From: an uncultured Gammaproteobacteria bacterium
GTDB taxonomy: Bacteria; Pseudomonadota; Gammaproteobacteria; Pseudomonadales; Porticoccaceae
Assembly: GCA_913058345.1 (NCBI GenBank)
Contig: CAJXQR010000011.1
Span: 18,964-82,963, forward strand
DNA length: 64,000 nucleotides
Reading direction: 5' to 3'
Positions 18,306 to 27,869 of this stretch are shown here, in pieces. The position numbers and the translations under genes are program-made. Each line of letters opens with the position of its first letter. The first letter of the stretch is position 1. A model generated the notes under the pieces. That model did no database searches, was not told the origin of the DNA, and worked only from the letters and a program-made list of their open reading frames with translations.

Positions 18306-19206
18306 TGACCGCCTTAATTGATCACTCTCGCGATGATTACGGTGTCGTGCCAATTTGCAAGGAGCTGCCGATTGCACCGTCTACTTACCACCGTTACAAA
18401 TATCTTGAGCAGAACCCCGAACGGCGCAGTCAGCGGGCACGACACCACGAACGACTAATGCCAGAGGTCCAGCGAGTGTGGGAAGAGAACCATCGTCACT
18501 ACGGTGCTCGCAAGGTATGGAACCAGTTAAATCGAGAAACTATCTCGGTGGCACGCTGCACTGTTGAACGACTAATGAAGCAGCTTGGTCTGGAAGGCGT
18601 CCGTCGCGGCAAGAGATGCAAGACAACAATACCCGATGATGCGGCGCACAAGCCCCTGGATCTCGTTCAACGGGAATTCACTGCCAGTCGTCCCAATCAG
18701 CTTTGGGTAGCAGATATTACCTATGTGGCGATGTGGTCTAGGTTTGTCTACGTCGCCTTTGTAGTAAATGTTATCTCGCGCTATATCGTCGGTTGGCGAG
18801 TCCAGAAACCTATGCAAACCAGATCTGATTCTGGATGCACTTGAGCAAGCGCTGTGGGCGCGGGGTAAGCTTAAAAGCGTGATCCATCACACAGCGCCGG
18901 GGCAGTCAGTACCGCTCAATTCGCTACTCAGAGCGCTTGCTAGAGGCAGGCTTCAATGCTTCTGTCGGCAGCGTCGGCGATTCATATGACAACGTTCTAG
19001 TTGAGGCCATTAACGGGCTGTATAAGGTAGAGGTTATTCACAAGAACGGCTCTTGGAAAGGGTTGGATGACGTGGAGCGGGCAACATTGACGTGGGTGGA
19101 CTGATTTAACAATCGGCGGCTCCTGCGACCCATCGGCGACATCCCTCCCGCCGAATATGAAATGCTGTACTATCAACAAACCGAGTCGAACGAAGAAGCC
19201 GCATGA
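18305..19206 (+). pseudogene. IS3-family transposase OrfB (DDE), multiple frameshifts and a TGG-to-TGA nonsense codon
   Basis: ..NQLWVADITYV.., ..SQYRSIRYSERLLEAGFNASVGSVGDSYDN.., ..TLTWVD*FNNRRLL..PPAEYE.. lie in three frames; in-frame TGA at 19102-19104. Confidence 0.85.
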
Positions 19207-19566
19207 CTCAAATAAAACGGCCTCCGACAAACTTGGTACGATTCAGTAACTTTTTCTTTTGATTTTGCCTAGAGAAAATGGAAGTTCAGCTTGCTACTGA
19301 TAGGATGTGTGAACTCATTGATGGGCTATTGGAAAAGCTTAAAAACCTCTAATTCTATGGCCAAAAAAGATTGACGACTACATGGTGCTTGAGAGGAGCT
19401 TCTGGAGAAGAATTTTAAGGTATGGGCATCATGTGATTTGCTCATATCAAACCGAGGGGTTTGGTCACAATTTGGTCGCAGAGCCAAAAATACAAAAATA
19501 GAGGGAAGGTTTTCAGTGCTTCTGTTAGGTTATATGTCAAATATAAACAAGGACTTAGGAGTGGAG

Positions 19567-19589
19567 TGGTGCCCAGGAGAGGACTTGAA
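19567..19589 (-). other. orphan tRNA 3'-end fragment (T-loop, T-stem 3' half, acceptor 3' half, discriminator, CCA): att-like scar
   Basis: The minus strand reads TTCAAGT CCTCT CCTGGGC A CCA (7+5+7+1+3 nt); no D arm or anticodon arm follows. Confidence 0.7.
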
Positions 19590-19609
19590 ATATATAAATA
19601 ACTACTTGA

Positions 19610-19641
19610 TTTAAAATAATAAAAAATTTTATTATTTTAAA
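19610..19641. repeat. perfect AT-only hairpin/palindrome (15-bp arms, 2-nt loop)
   Basis: TTTAAAATAATAAAA aa TTTTATTATTTTAAA. Confidence 0.9.
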
Positions 19642-19766
19642 TATGTACTCGTTAGTGTACTCAAAATCACATGGCTTCGGTTTTTCTTAAGTGGCTGGGC
19701 AGATACCATAGCCAAAAGGTAGTGCAAGCGCACTGATATGTGAGCGCTTGGACATAATAGTCCGGG

Positions 19767-20432
19767 CTATATTGATGCGAGCTTGCAGTTAGTCTCCCAA
19801 TCGATGGACAACGCCCTCTGGCTGAATCGCCACCAGGCGCTCGTAGTGTCTATTCGAGATCGTTGAATGAGGCACACCGTGGTCGTGAGTGGAACATCGG
19901 CCAGGAAGCGACCAATCACTCCCCACGGGAGATATCGTTTTACTTTGGACGCTGGTGTGATCGTGACACCCTGCCCCGAAGCAACCAAGGTCATCATCAT
20001 ATCAAAGGTTCGGACAACTCGGGTGCCCGCGGGCTGAGGGTTACCCAATGACTCGAGGATAGCATTCAACTCCCGGTAGTTTTCATAACAAAGCACCGGA
20101 TCCCAATGGATGAAGGGGCAATCTATCAACTGATCCATGGTAACTGAAAGGCTTTGCCTCAATGGAGAGTGGATTGATGTGGCGACCACCCAGGGCTCTC
20201 GCCAAAGCGGCACGGCATCCCATTGTTCATCAATAATGGCTGATCGGGATATCCCGATATCATATTGCCCATTGCTGAACTGCCGAGATGTTAGTGACGG
20301 ATCCGACTCACTGAGCTGAACTTTGACGCGTGGTTCTTCGGCCCTCTGCCGGGCGAGCAAAGTCGCCAGTTGAGGATGCGACAGCCCATGGGATAGCAGG
20401 ACGCGCAGTTTGTCTGAGGTGACAGTATCCAT
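19767..20432 (-). pseudogene. LysR-family regulator lacking the N-terminal HTH domain (5'-truncated)
   Basis: The 221-aa ORF aligns only with the substrate-binding half of the neighbouring full-length LysR; there is no HTH-coding sequence upstream. Confidence 0.65.
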
Positions 20433-20520
20433 ATTTGCTGAAATGGCGATTGCACAATTTTCCGCCTATCTTATCAGTAATGAGTTAAATTTAACGTGGT
20501 TTAAGCAAAGTCCATAATGG

Positions 20521-20832
20521 ATGCTTTTGCAGATGCAGAAGCGTTCAATACAGCGGGGGCGCCCCGTAGGATCCACGACTTATGATGCCGAGCCTGCTCT
20601 GGCGTTTGGTGCGGCTGTGCGGGAAGCCAGGGTCGATTTGGGCATAGCTCAGGAAAAGCTCGCTCATCTTGCAGGCATTGAGCGTTCTCATCTGGGTAAG
20701 ATCGAGCGCGGCGAACATATGCCGACACTCGCTTTGATTTTAAAAATCGCAAATGCATTGGGCTGTCGTGCAGGAGTGCTTATAGAGGCTACGGAAGCGC
20801 AACTGGACAACAGGGTCAAATCCAGTCCATAG
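20521..20832 (+). CDS. XRE-family helix-turn-helix transcriptional regulator
   Basis: GIAQEKLAHLAGIERSHLGKIERGEHMPTLALILKIANAL is a typical Cro/CI HTH. Confidence 0.75.
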   Translation: MLLQMQKRSIQRGRPVGSTTYDAEPALAFGAAVREARVDLGIAQEKLAHLAGIERSHLGKIERGEHMPTLALILKIANALGCRAGVLIEATEAQLDNRVKSSP

Positions 20833-20834
20833 CG

Positions 20835-21749
20835 TTAGTCTTCTTCCATAGTGAGTTCCCCGGGAGATCGATCACTGCGACTGACCCGTTGTAGAAACCG
20901 TTCAAGTTGTTCAGACGGTTCGGTATTTGGGCGCAGTAGATAAGTGGTCAGTGTGGCCATCTCCATATCGAGTGGTCGGGGGACCACATCCGGATGTCGG
21001 TACACCTTGAGCTGGGACTCCGTGGCAAAGCCGAGTCCATAACCAGCGGCGACCAGAGTCAGCATCAAGTCGAGCGACGTGGCATGCTCGGCGACGATGG
21101 GTTCTGTCTTCACACTCCTGAGTATCTGATCGATTTGCCGACTACACCCCTCGCAGATGTCAGGATGACAGAGCACCAACGGATAGCGCAGCAGGGCGTC
21201 CAGCGGCACATGGGTGAAAGACAACAATGGGTGTCGGGAGGGAATAACAGCGACGAGAGTATCGGTCCAAACAGCATCAACCAAAATACATTTTTCGACG
21301 TTGTCTGTGTGGGCAAAACCGACGTCAAAAATATCGCTTTGCAGTCCCTTGATTTGTTGGGTCAGAGATCGCTCGAACAAGCGGATTTCCACATCGGGTT
21401 CCTCTTCCCTGCAAAGGGCGAGCAGCGACGCCAAGCGGGGCTGGACGATGCCATCGGAAAGCACAATTCGCAGAGCGCCACGATAGCCGGTGGCGGCTGC
21501 TTTGACGTTATTGCGGGCCTGTTCCAAGACGGTAAAGATCCGTTGAACATCTTCTAGGAAGACTTGGCCAGCCCATGTCAATTGAGTTCCACGGCGACTC
21601 CGCTGGAACAACAAGACATTGAGCTCATCCTCAAGCTCCTTGATGGTGCGGGAGAGGGGAGATTGTTCAATATGCAAACGCCCTGCAGCCCGGGCGAAGT
21701 GAAGCTCTTCCGCCAATGCAAGAAAATAGCGCAGGTGGCGAAGTTCCAT
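20835..21749 (-). CDS. LysR-family transcriptional regulator
   Basis: Start taken at MELRHLRYFLALAEELHFARAA (Met42 of the track ORF 20835..21872); full HTH plus substrate-binding domain. Confidence 0.9.
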   Translation of the reverse strand: MELRHLRYFLALAEELHFARAAGRLHIEQSPLSRTIKELEDELNVLLFQRSRRGTQLTWAGQVFLEDVQRIFTVLEQARNNVKAAATGYRGALRIVLSDGIVQPRLASLLALCREEEPDVEIRLFERSLTQQIKGLQSDIFDVGFAHTDNVEKCILVDAVWTDTLVAVIPSRHPLLSFTHVPLDALLRYPLVLCHPDICEGCSRQIDQILRSVKTEPIVAEHATSLDLMLTLVAAGYGLGFATESQLKVYRHPDVVPRPLDMEMATLTTYLLRPNTEPSEQLERFLQRVSRSDRSPGELTMEED

Positions 21750-21928
21750 GTTTTCACCCTGATATGCCTGTTTGGTTGTATTGTTTTTGCTCCTTGCGGC
21801 AAGCCGGTACATTTCCTCACGTTGTTGAACGAAGCCGCTGCGCAGTAAGAGACCTTCATCGAGTCCCTCCAATGAGCGAATAATTCCTCCACGTGCTACT
21901 CCCCGGCGCGATAGCAGGAGGAATTACC

Positions 21929-22430
21929 ATGAATGCGGTACAGCAAAAGACACTCCAATCACTGTACCGCAAACATTTTAGCGCGTTGCGACGGCGAGGC
22001 AAAGCTGATCGGACAATTGATTCCTACGCACCGGCGGGCCGTACGGCGGGGGACCGAATTTTGGTACACCTTTCCGGATACTCTGCCCTAGGATCAGCTC
22101 GAAACGCATTTCTCACCCTTGGTCGATACCCACCCTTGGTTCACCGTCGAGGTGGATCGTAAGGGCCTGCAGTTCTTCTACCAGCATATGCTCAAGAAAG
22201 ACTGGACCTGGGTAGATATCGTCAAGCAGCCGAAGAAAAAATGTTGCCCGACATCCTCACTCTCCAGGAAATTGAGCGCCTGATCAAACGGCGCCCACCT
22301 GGTGGAACCCGGGATCAACCTGCGGGCCATTCAGAAGGAGATGGGGCATGAATGCTGCAAGACTGCCTCCGTCTATACGCAGCTGCTTGAGGTCACACAG
22401 CACGATACCGAAAGGCGAATCAACGGTTGG
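21929..22430 (+). pseudogene. tyrosine recombinase remnant (IS91-associated integrase type), frameshifted with the catalytic core deleted
   Basis: Reads ..DRTIDSYA.., ..VDRKGLQFFYQHMLKKDWTWVDIVKQPKKK / MLPDILTLQEIERLI.., then jumps to the C-terminal ..INLRAIQKEMGH..KTASVYTQL across three frames. Confidence 0.6.
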
Positions 22431-22454
22431 TGTCGCGGATGCGCATCCTGTGGG

Positions 22455-22603
22455 GAGAGTGACATGGAACTCTCCACTCTCTCTTTGAGCGATATCGGAC
22501 GCGCTCTGGTGCCTCCCCGAGACCGGGCAGTGGTCGGCCTTCAACGCCATCACCGTTGTCGTGCCGTACTATCTGATGACCTTCACGCTGCCCTTCGAGC
22601 TTC
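22455..22603 (+). pseudogene. IS91-family transposase N-terminal remnant
   Basis: ..LSLSDIGRAL.. and ..WSAFNAITVVVPYYLMTFTLPFELR resemble the IS91 N-terminus and its (Y/F)FHxVFTLPxEL block; the rest of the gene is absent. Confidence 0.45.
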
Positions 22604-22885
22604 GCGGGGGCTTGCCTGAAGGACCGCCCGTTTCTGGTGTTCGACGAATGGGCGGCAGATCAGGATCCTGTCTTCAAAGAGGTGTTTTACCGGGAGTTGT
22701 TACCCGAGCTGAAAGCGCAGGGCAAGGCGGTGCTGGTGATCTCCCACGACGACCGCTACTTCCATCTTGGTGACCGGTTGTTGAAGCTGGAAGATGGACA
22801 ACTATCCAGCATTGAGCAGACCGAAACCGCAGTGGAGCAACCGACGGTAAATCTTCGTCCAGCAGTGCCGGTGGGGTCGTCCTAG
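22604..22885 (+). pseudogene. C-terminal fragment of a cyclic-peptide/siderophore-type ABC exporter ATPase
   Basis: ..CLKDRPFLVFDEWAADQDPVFKEVFYRELLPELKAQGKAVLVISHDDRYF.. covers Walker B, the D-loop and the H-loop only; no upstream part. Confidence 0.65.
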
Positions 22886-24735
22886 GCATGCGTCCCGTTC
22901 TGGTCTGCTTTGTCATTTCCCTGAAGTTCGATCAGGGAAAGGTACGGGTTATTTGGTGGAGTCTCATTCATTAAGACGGCAGGATCCGCCATTAGATACC
23001 CGTGTACTTTCCGCGATTTCCTCGGGCCAGTGACGTTGAACGTCCAGATGTTCAGGCCATTCGGCTGTTTGCGGTGCAGTTGCAGGCGTTCGAAGCGTTT
23101 TTGAATCCATTGCCAGTCCTTGATTTGATCCTGTTTGGCGAGGGGAGAGATTTCAGGATGCTCCTGCGCGTAGCGTTGGAATATTCCCGGGCTGATCAGG
23201 CAAAAGGTATCCTCAACGGTATGTACCAGGGCCTTGGCGTCATTGATGATCAGTTTTCGGCTCAGCATGCTGGTTCTCAGCCACTCTGTGAAATGCTCGC
23301 CTGACGGTTCCTGTGGCGGAGGGTGGGTGATAGGTGAGTCGGTTACTGTTGGTTTTTGGGAGGAAGGTGTTGTTACTCCTGAACCGGTGTTTTCAGCTTC
23401 GGCTGCGGTCCCTTTTCCGGCGCCACCTGTTGGCTCACCCCGCTTGGGGCTGGATAGCAGATCCATTAATGCGTCGATATCGTCGGTCTGAGCCCTTTCG
23501 GCAGGGGCATCACTTTTCTTGGGCTGGGCGGGCGCTTGTCGTGGCGTTGTCTCTGGTGACACTTCGGCATGCGTGTCGTTCTGAGCGTCCTGTTCAATCT
23601 GTACGGTGCCGCTAAACGGTGCCGGTCTGTCGCCCGCTTCCCAGATGAGTGAGGGTGACAATTTGAGGAAGGTGAAGGTGTTGACCCAGCCATTGTCGCC
23701 GGTGACGGTGGCCCGCCAAATGGCTTTGCCCTCGCCATTGGGTTGGATAATGCCATGATCCTGCAGCACGTCGAACAGCACTGTATTTTTTTCCGGGATC
23801 CCTTCCAGTCCCTGAGACAACAGGTGTGCCCGCAGCTTGTCGGAGACGGTTTTGCTCACCAGCCACAAGGCCTCCTGGGTCAGCCACCCATCCGAGGCCT
23901 GGGGCTGGTTTAGTTTGAAGGCCTCCCTGACCAGATAGCGCAGCCCCTCCAAAAGTTTGCGTTGCAACGCCTGTTTGGGCGCAGCCAGTGCTTTGGCGGG
24001 GTTGCCGCCGAGGGCCTGGGCAACCGATGCCTGATCGGCTTTGGTGACCAGTTCACCCAGTATCCCGGCGTGTTCGTATTTGCCCGCCAGCATATAGAGC
24101 AGTGCGGACCACAGTTCCGGGTAGGCACACAGCCAGTCGAGAATATCGCGGCTGAGCAGTTGGGTGTACAGCAGTCCGGAGGCGGCGCTGTGCAGGCGGT
24201 ATTCGCGGTTCGGTTGGTAACGGAAGCGGTATGGGGCGGACAAGGGGCCGTGCCAGGGATGCCACACTGTGCCGTCCCGGTACTCGACATGTAGATCCAC
24301 AGCGACCTTGCCGATATCGTGCAGCAGCGCCGCGTAGGCGAGACCGGCTGTCCAGGCATCGGCCTGGGCGGCCTGGGTTTCCGGCGGCGCGCCCGGCGGC
24401 AGGAGGTGGGATTGCCTCAGCTTTAAGGCGTAGATGACTATCTCCAGTCCGTGATCCAGCATCCCGCCAGGGTAGGCGTGGTGGTGGCTTTCCGAGGCTG
24501 GAAAAGCCTGTACCCATTGGGCGTATCGCTCCAGCGGGGCCCGGTAGAGCGTGGCGTATTGCTGTCTGGAGACGGCGGTGAGCTGCCAGATGCGTTCCAG
24601 CAGTTTCTGGCGATGGGGCTCTCCCAGCAGGGAGGCGGCGCTCCGCGGAGGGAACAGGCCTGTGACTTCCTCTGTGCCCGGAGTGGATGAGGGTGGTGGC
24701 CTTTTGCCAATTTTGGATCGAAGCAGTGTAAACAT
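22882..24735 (-). CDS. traI: MOBH-family conjugative relaxase TraI (HD-domain type, PFGI-1 class)
   Basis: About 617 aa from MFTLLRSKIGKR (the track ORF extends to 24903); HD-domain signature AALLHDIGKVAVDL, HHHAYPGGMLDHGLE; ICE context. Confidence 0.8.
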   Translation of the reverse strand: MFTLLRSKIGKRPPPSSTPGTEEVTGLFPPRSAASLLGEPHRQKLLERIWQLTAVSRQQYATLYRAPLERYAQWVQAFPASESHHHAYPGGMLDHGLEIVIYALKLRQSHLLPPGAPPETQAAQADAWTAGLAYAALLHDIGKVAVDLHVEYRDGTVWHPWHGPLSAPYRFRYQPNREYRLHSAASGLLYTQLLSRDILDWLCAYPELWSALLYMLAGKYEHAGILGELVTKADQASVAQALGGNPAKALAAPKQALQRKLLEGLRYLVREAFKLNQPQASDGWLTQEALWLVSKTVSDKLRAHLLSQGLEGIPEKNTVLFDVLQDHGIIQPNGEGKAIWRATVTGDNGWVNTFTFLKLSPSLIWEAGDRPAPFSGTVQIEQDAQNDTHAEVSPETTPRQAPAQPKKSDAPAERAQTDDIDALMDLLSSPKRGEPTGGAGKGTAAEAENTGSGVTTPSSQKPTVTDSPITHPPPQEPSGEHFTEWLRTSMLSRKLIINDAKALVHTVEDTFCLISPGIFQRYAQEHPEISPLAKQDQIKDWQWIQKRFERLQLHRKQPNGLNIWTFNVTGPRKSRKVHGYLMADPAVLMNETPPNNPYLSLIELQGNDKADQNGTHA

Positions 24736-25095
24736 GGCGCTATCAGATACGGGGCCGGATAAAGGTGACATCCGGGTATACGGCATCGGGCGCGTGGCGG
24801 CTATGGAGAATGGGAAATGGCGTTGGTGCGGATTACCTCCGTTTTCGGTCCATCCCAAAAGCGACAGGGTTTCGCATCGTTGTGGCATAGCGATTTTGGG
24901 CATTCTTAAACGCCAGGAGAATATTTCTCTGTTGGGCGAGGATGATTGGCGGGAGAGCCTTTTCGCCTTTTACAGGTAGGGCCTTTCCCCTTGATCACCC
25001 TTCCGTTGTGCCAGCCTTTTCAGCCCTTAATGCCGTTTGGGGTTGCGACGGTACGCATGTGCTGAGGATGTCTTTGGGAGGGTATTGAATTTCTG

Positions 25096-25128
25096 TTAGT
25101 CAATGACTAATATGCAGTCATTGACTAA
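25096..25128. promoter_or_regulatory. paired palindromic operator candidates upstream of vapBC
   Basis: TTAGTCAaTGACTAA tatgc AGTCAtTGACTAA ends 12 nt before the vapB ATG/GGAGGAG RBS. Confidence 0.5.
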
Positions 25129-25140
25129 TGGAGGAGAGCC

Positions 25141-25389
25141 ATGGCTACAATGACTATTCGTAATATTGAAGACGAGCTCAAGACTCGATTGCGTGTGCAA
25201 GCCGCTTCACACGGACGGTCGATGGAAGATGAGGCTCGGGACATTCTTCGGGCGGCATTGTCGTCTGAACCGGTACGGGGCGCTTCCCTGGTGAAGGCGA
25301 TCCGGGAGCGCATTGCACCTACGGAAGGCATTGAGCTGGAGCTGCCCGCCCGGGAGGCGATCCGCACGCCACCGGAGTTGGATGCGTGA
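25141..25389 (+). CDS. vapB: VapB/FitA-like ribbon-helix-helix antitoxin
   Basis: 82 aa, MATMTIRNIEDELKTRLRVQAASHGRSMEDEARDILR; 4-nt overlap with the PIN gene. Confidence 0.8.
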   Translation: MATMTIRNIEDELKTRLRVQAASHGRSMEDEARDILRAALSSEPVRGASLVKAIRERIAPTEGIELELPAREAIRTPPELDA

Positions 25390-25805
25390 TTATCCTGGAC
25401 ACAAACGTGTTGTCCGAAACATTGCGTCCAAGTCCGGACGCGCGCGCCCTGGCGTGGTTGGAGGCGCAACCTCGCGCGGCGTTGTTTACCACCACAATCA
25501 CCCAGGCGGAGGTGCTATATGGTGTTCGCGTGCTACCGAATGGCCAGCGTAAAGCTGCGTTGTTGGATGCTGTTCAGGCTATTTTTGTCTCCGACATGGC
25601 CGGGCAGGTGCTGGGGTTTGACAGTGATGCTGCGGCAGCCTATGCGGAAATTGCCGCCTTCCGTAAAACGGCGGGTAAGCCGATCAGCCAGTTTGACGCC
25701 ATGATTGCCGCGGTGGCCAAATCCCGTGGCGCCGGTCTGGCGACACGAAACGTCAAGGATTTCGCCGATTGCGGTATCCAAGTGGTAGATCCTTGGCAGT
25801 ATTGA
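25386..25805 (+). CDS. vapC: VapC PIN-domain toxin
   Basis: 139 aa, MIILDTNVLSE.., acidic PIN residues, ..ATRNVKDF.. Confidence 0.9.
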   Translation: MIILDTNVLSETLRPSPDARALAWLEAQPRAALFTTTITQAEVLYGVRVLPNGQRKAALLDAVQAIFVSDMAGQVLGFDSDAAAAYAEIAAFRKTAGKPISQFDAMIAAVAKSRGAGLATRNVKDFADCGIQVVDPWQY

Positions 25806-25955
25806 GGATGCCCTGCCGTGACTTGCGTCAAAATCCTGTGGCATGAACTGAAACAGTATGCGGCGGGTCATAGACGAAGAGCGTTTCACTCAGCGAGTTG
25901 ATGGAATGATGGCGTGGTTATGAGTTGACGCAGAACTGAAAAGCGAGGCAGAACG

Positions 25956-26321
25956 ATGGCAACTAATGCACATACCGAAAGGTGGGCTCATCGGGCTGGC
26001 TGTAAGGTTGGCCGTGCGTGGCGTGGAGTTGTGCGTCAGGATCGGCGAGCCATTGAGTGGTTTGTGAAACACGGTTGGCCAACTGGTCTCGCCAAGGCGA
26101 TGCTCTGGGCTTTCAAGCTTATCGTGTTGGGTATTCTGCTGTACGTCGCTTTCTGGCTGGCTTTGGTGCTGGTGTTTTTCATTGTCACTGCTTGGGTTAT
26201 GAGAAATACAGAAATCAGCAATGAAAATGAGCCGGAATGGTGCGATGGCTTATTAGGGTTTGGGCTTTATCACCCGGACGGCTCTCGAATAGACCCTCAC
26301 GATCCCGACGATGAATATTGA
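25956..26321 (+). CDS. small membrane protein (DUF3742-like, common in this ICE family)
   Basis: 121 aa with two TM helices; family assignment from memory only. Confidence 0.45.
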   Translation: MATNAHTERWAHRAGCKVGRAWRGVVRQDRRAIEWFVKHGWPTGLAKAMLWAFKLIVLGILLYVAFWLALVLVFFIVTAWVMRNTEISNENEPEWCDGLLGFGLYHPDGSRIDPHDPDDEY

Positions 26322-26335
26322 TGTTCGAATGCAAC

Positions 26336-27853
26336 TTACTTAGCACTTTTCAGTAGAGCGTCACTACCTCTTGCCCCTGCGGATTGAGCGTCTTTTGTTC
26401 CGTTCACGAGATTCTGAGCGATCCCTCCAGCACGAATCCCAACCCAGGTTAAGGCACTGAGCCAGAATGCTGGGAGAATGAAGAACAGCGTCGCCATCAC
26501 AAAGTTCAACAACATATCCCCGAACGCATTGTTCAATCCCATCAGCAGGTTGAAGTTGGTGTGGGGTCGGTCTGCGCCCAGCCCCCAGCCGTAGAGGGCA
26601 TCGAGTATGGTCGAGTCGAGCCAGCGTGCGAGCTGGAACCAGAAATCCACGAAGAACAGTGCGAACTGCACACAGCTGACGATGACCACGGATTTCAGGT
26701 CGTAGGTGCCCACCACCAGTATCAGCGGAATGCAGATGGCCATGGCCATTTTCAGGAACGACAGCACCATGGGCAAGGCCTGGCGCACGATATCCATGGC
26801 GGGGAAAAAGCCCAGCGAGCCGACAGTCAGCCCCACGTCGGCGGCACCGCGGGCCACGATGTTGGGGAGCGTCATCTCGATCTGGCCGCCGTAGTCGGTG
26901 TAGACGGCGCCCTGGTTCATCTTTTGTTGACGCGGGGAGGCGATGGCGCGTATCACCGAGTCATTGATCTGGCCCTGGGTCAGGAACCCCGCCCATTCAC
27001 CGATGCGATCCAGTAGATCGGGATCCACCTGCTCCAGCAACTGCGTTCGCAGCCCCTGGGGGCTGTCGGACCACCACTGTCGGCAGGTGGGGTAGCCGCC
27101 ACCGCTGACCACTTCCGGAAATCCGGCGTCCCGGACTGTGTCATAGGGCCAGTCCGGTCGGGGGAGGGTGGAGTGGTAGGTGTCGTAGAAGCCAGGCGTC
27201 TCGAGGAAATAGCTGGAACCGATCCAGTTGATATCGTTCATCTCATCCTTACCGAGAGTTGGCCGGTTCATGAACAGCTTTGCCCGTGAAGGGCCATAGC
27301 AATCGTGGGTGAAGTCGGCCACCTCCTGGGCCAGCACCGGGTCGTCGATGCGGGTGCTGTCGATGTCCATGCGGATCTGGCGCAGGTCGGTCCCGCAGGG
27401 GATGGTCGCCACCGCCGCGCCGGTGATGGCCTTCGAGAGACTGTGCATGAAGAACCACCAGACCGGTACTTGGGCGCTCTGGTCGTTGAGGGTGGTAAAG
27501 CTGGTGGCCCAGTCCGTCTCGCTGGGCAGGGGCACATCGATCTGGCACTGGATAGAGCGGGAGCGGTCGAATGCCAGTGTACTCAGGTCCAGTTGGATAA
27601 ACGGAATACCCGCAAACAGAATCACCACAATGGCGACCCATACCCGGTTTTCGATACGCAGCGAGGACAGTACACCTTTGTTGCCTTCGTCGGCACCCTC
27701 GGCGCGGGCGCGCAGCCACTCCTGAATGATGATGGCAAGAAACGGCAGGGCGAATACGCCACTGGCTACCAGTACGTGCCAGATGCCGTTACTGACGATC
27801 CAGCCCACCAGCGTCAGATAGTATTCCAAGTAGTCCGAAGTATAGAGCGTCAC
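26336..27853 (-). CDS. traG: TraG-N-type conjugal transfer membrane protein
   Basis: 505-aa polytopic ORF at the position TraG occupies downstream of TIGR03755-57 genes in PFGI-1/ICEclc-type elements. Confidence 0.6.
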   Translation of the reverse strand: MTLYTSDYLEYYLTLVGWIVSNGIWHVLVASGVFALPFLAIIIQEWLRARAEGADEGNKGVLSSLRIENRVWVAIVVILFAGIPFIQLDLSTLAFDRSRSIQCQIDVPLPSETDWATSFTTLNDQSAQVPVWWFFMHSLSKAITGAAVATIPCGTDLRQIRMDIDSTRIDDPVLAQEVADFTHDCYGPSRAKLFMNRPTLGKDEMNDINWIGSSYFLETPGFYDTYHSTLPRPDWPYDTVRDAGFPEVVSGGGYPTCRQWWSDSPQGLRTQLLEQVDPDLLDRIGEWAGFLTQGQINDSVIRAIASPRQQKMNQGAVYTDYGGQIEMTLPNIVARGAADVGLTVGSLGFFPAMDIVRQALPMVLSFLKMAMAICIPLILVVGTYDLKSVVIVSCVQFALFFVDFWFQLARWLDSTILDALYGWGLGADRPHTNFNLLMGLNNAFGDMLLNFVMATLFFILPAFWLSALTWVGIRAGGIAQNLVNGTKDAQSAGARGSDALLKSAK

Positions 27854-27869
27854 CGGGCAGGCTCCCCTT

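Larger units (their letters stand above)
17888..19245 (+). mobile_element. degenerate IS3-family insertion sequence
   Basis: Terminal inverted repeats TGAACCATCCCGGGTTGATCGGAGGC / GCCTCCGACAAACTTGGTACGATTCA (19 of 26 complementary, TG..CA ends); orfA/orfB homologues inside; flanks AGG / GTA show no target duplication. Confidence 0.85.

Noticed and set aside
19400-19510. A possible 3' tail of an integrase gene (..FGHNLVAEPKIQK*) left of the tRNA scar.
   Set aside because: It is only about 20 codons, ambiguous between frames, and has no catalytic motifs. That is too weak to call.
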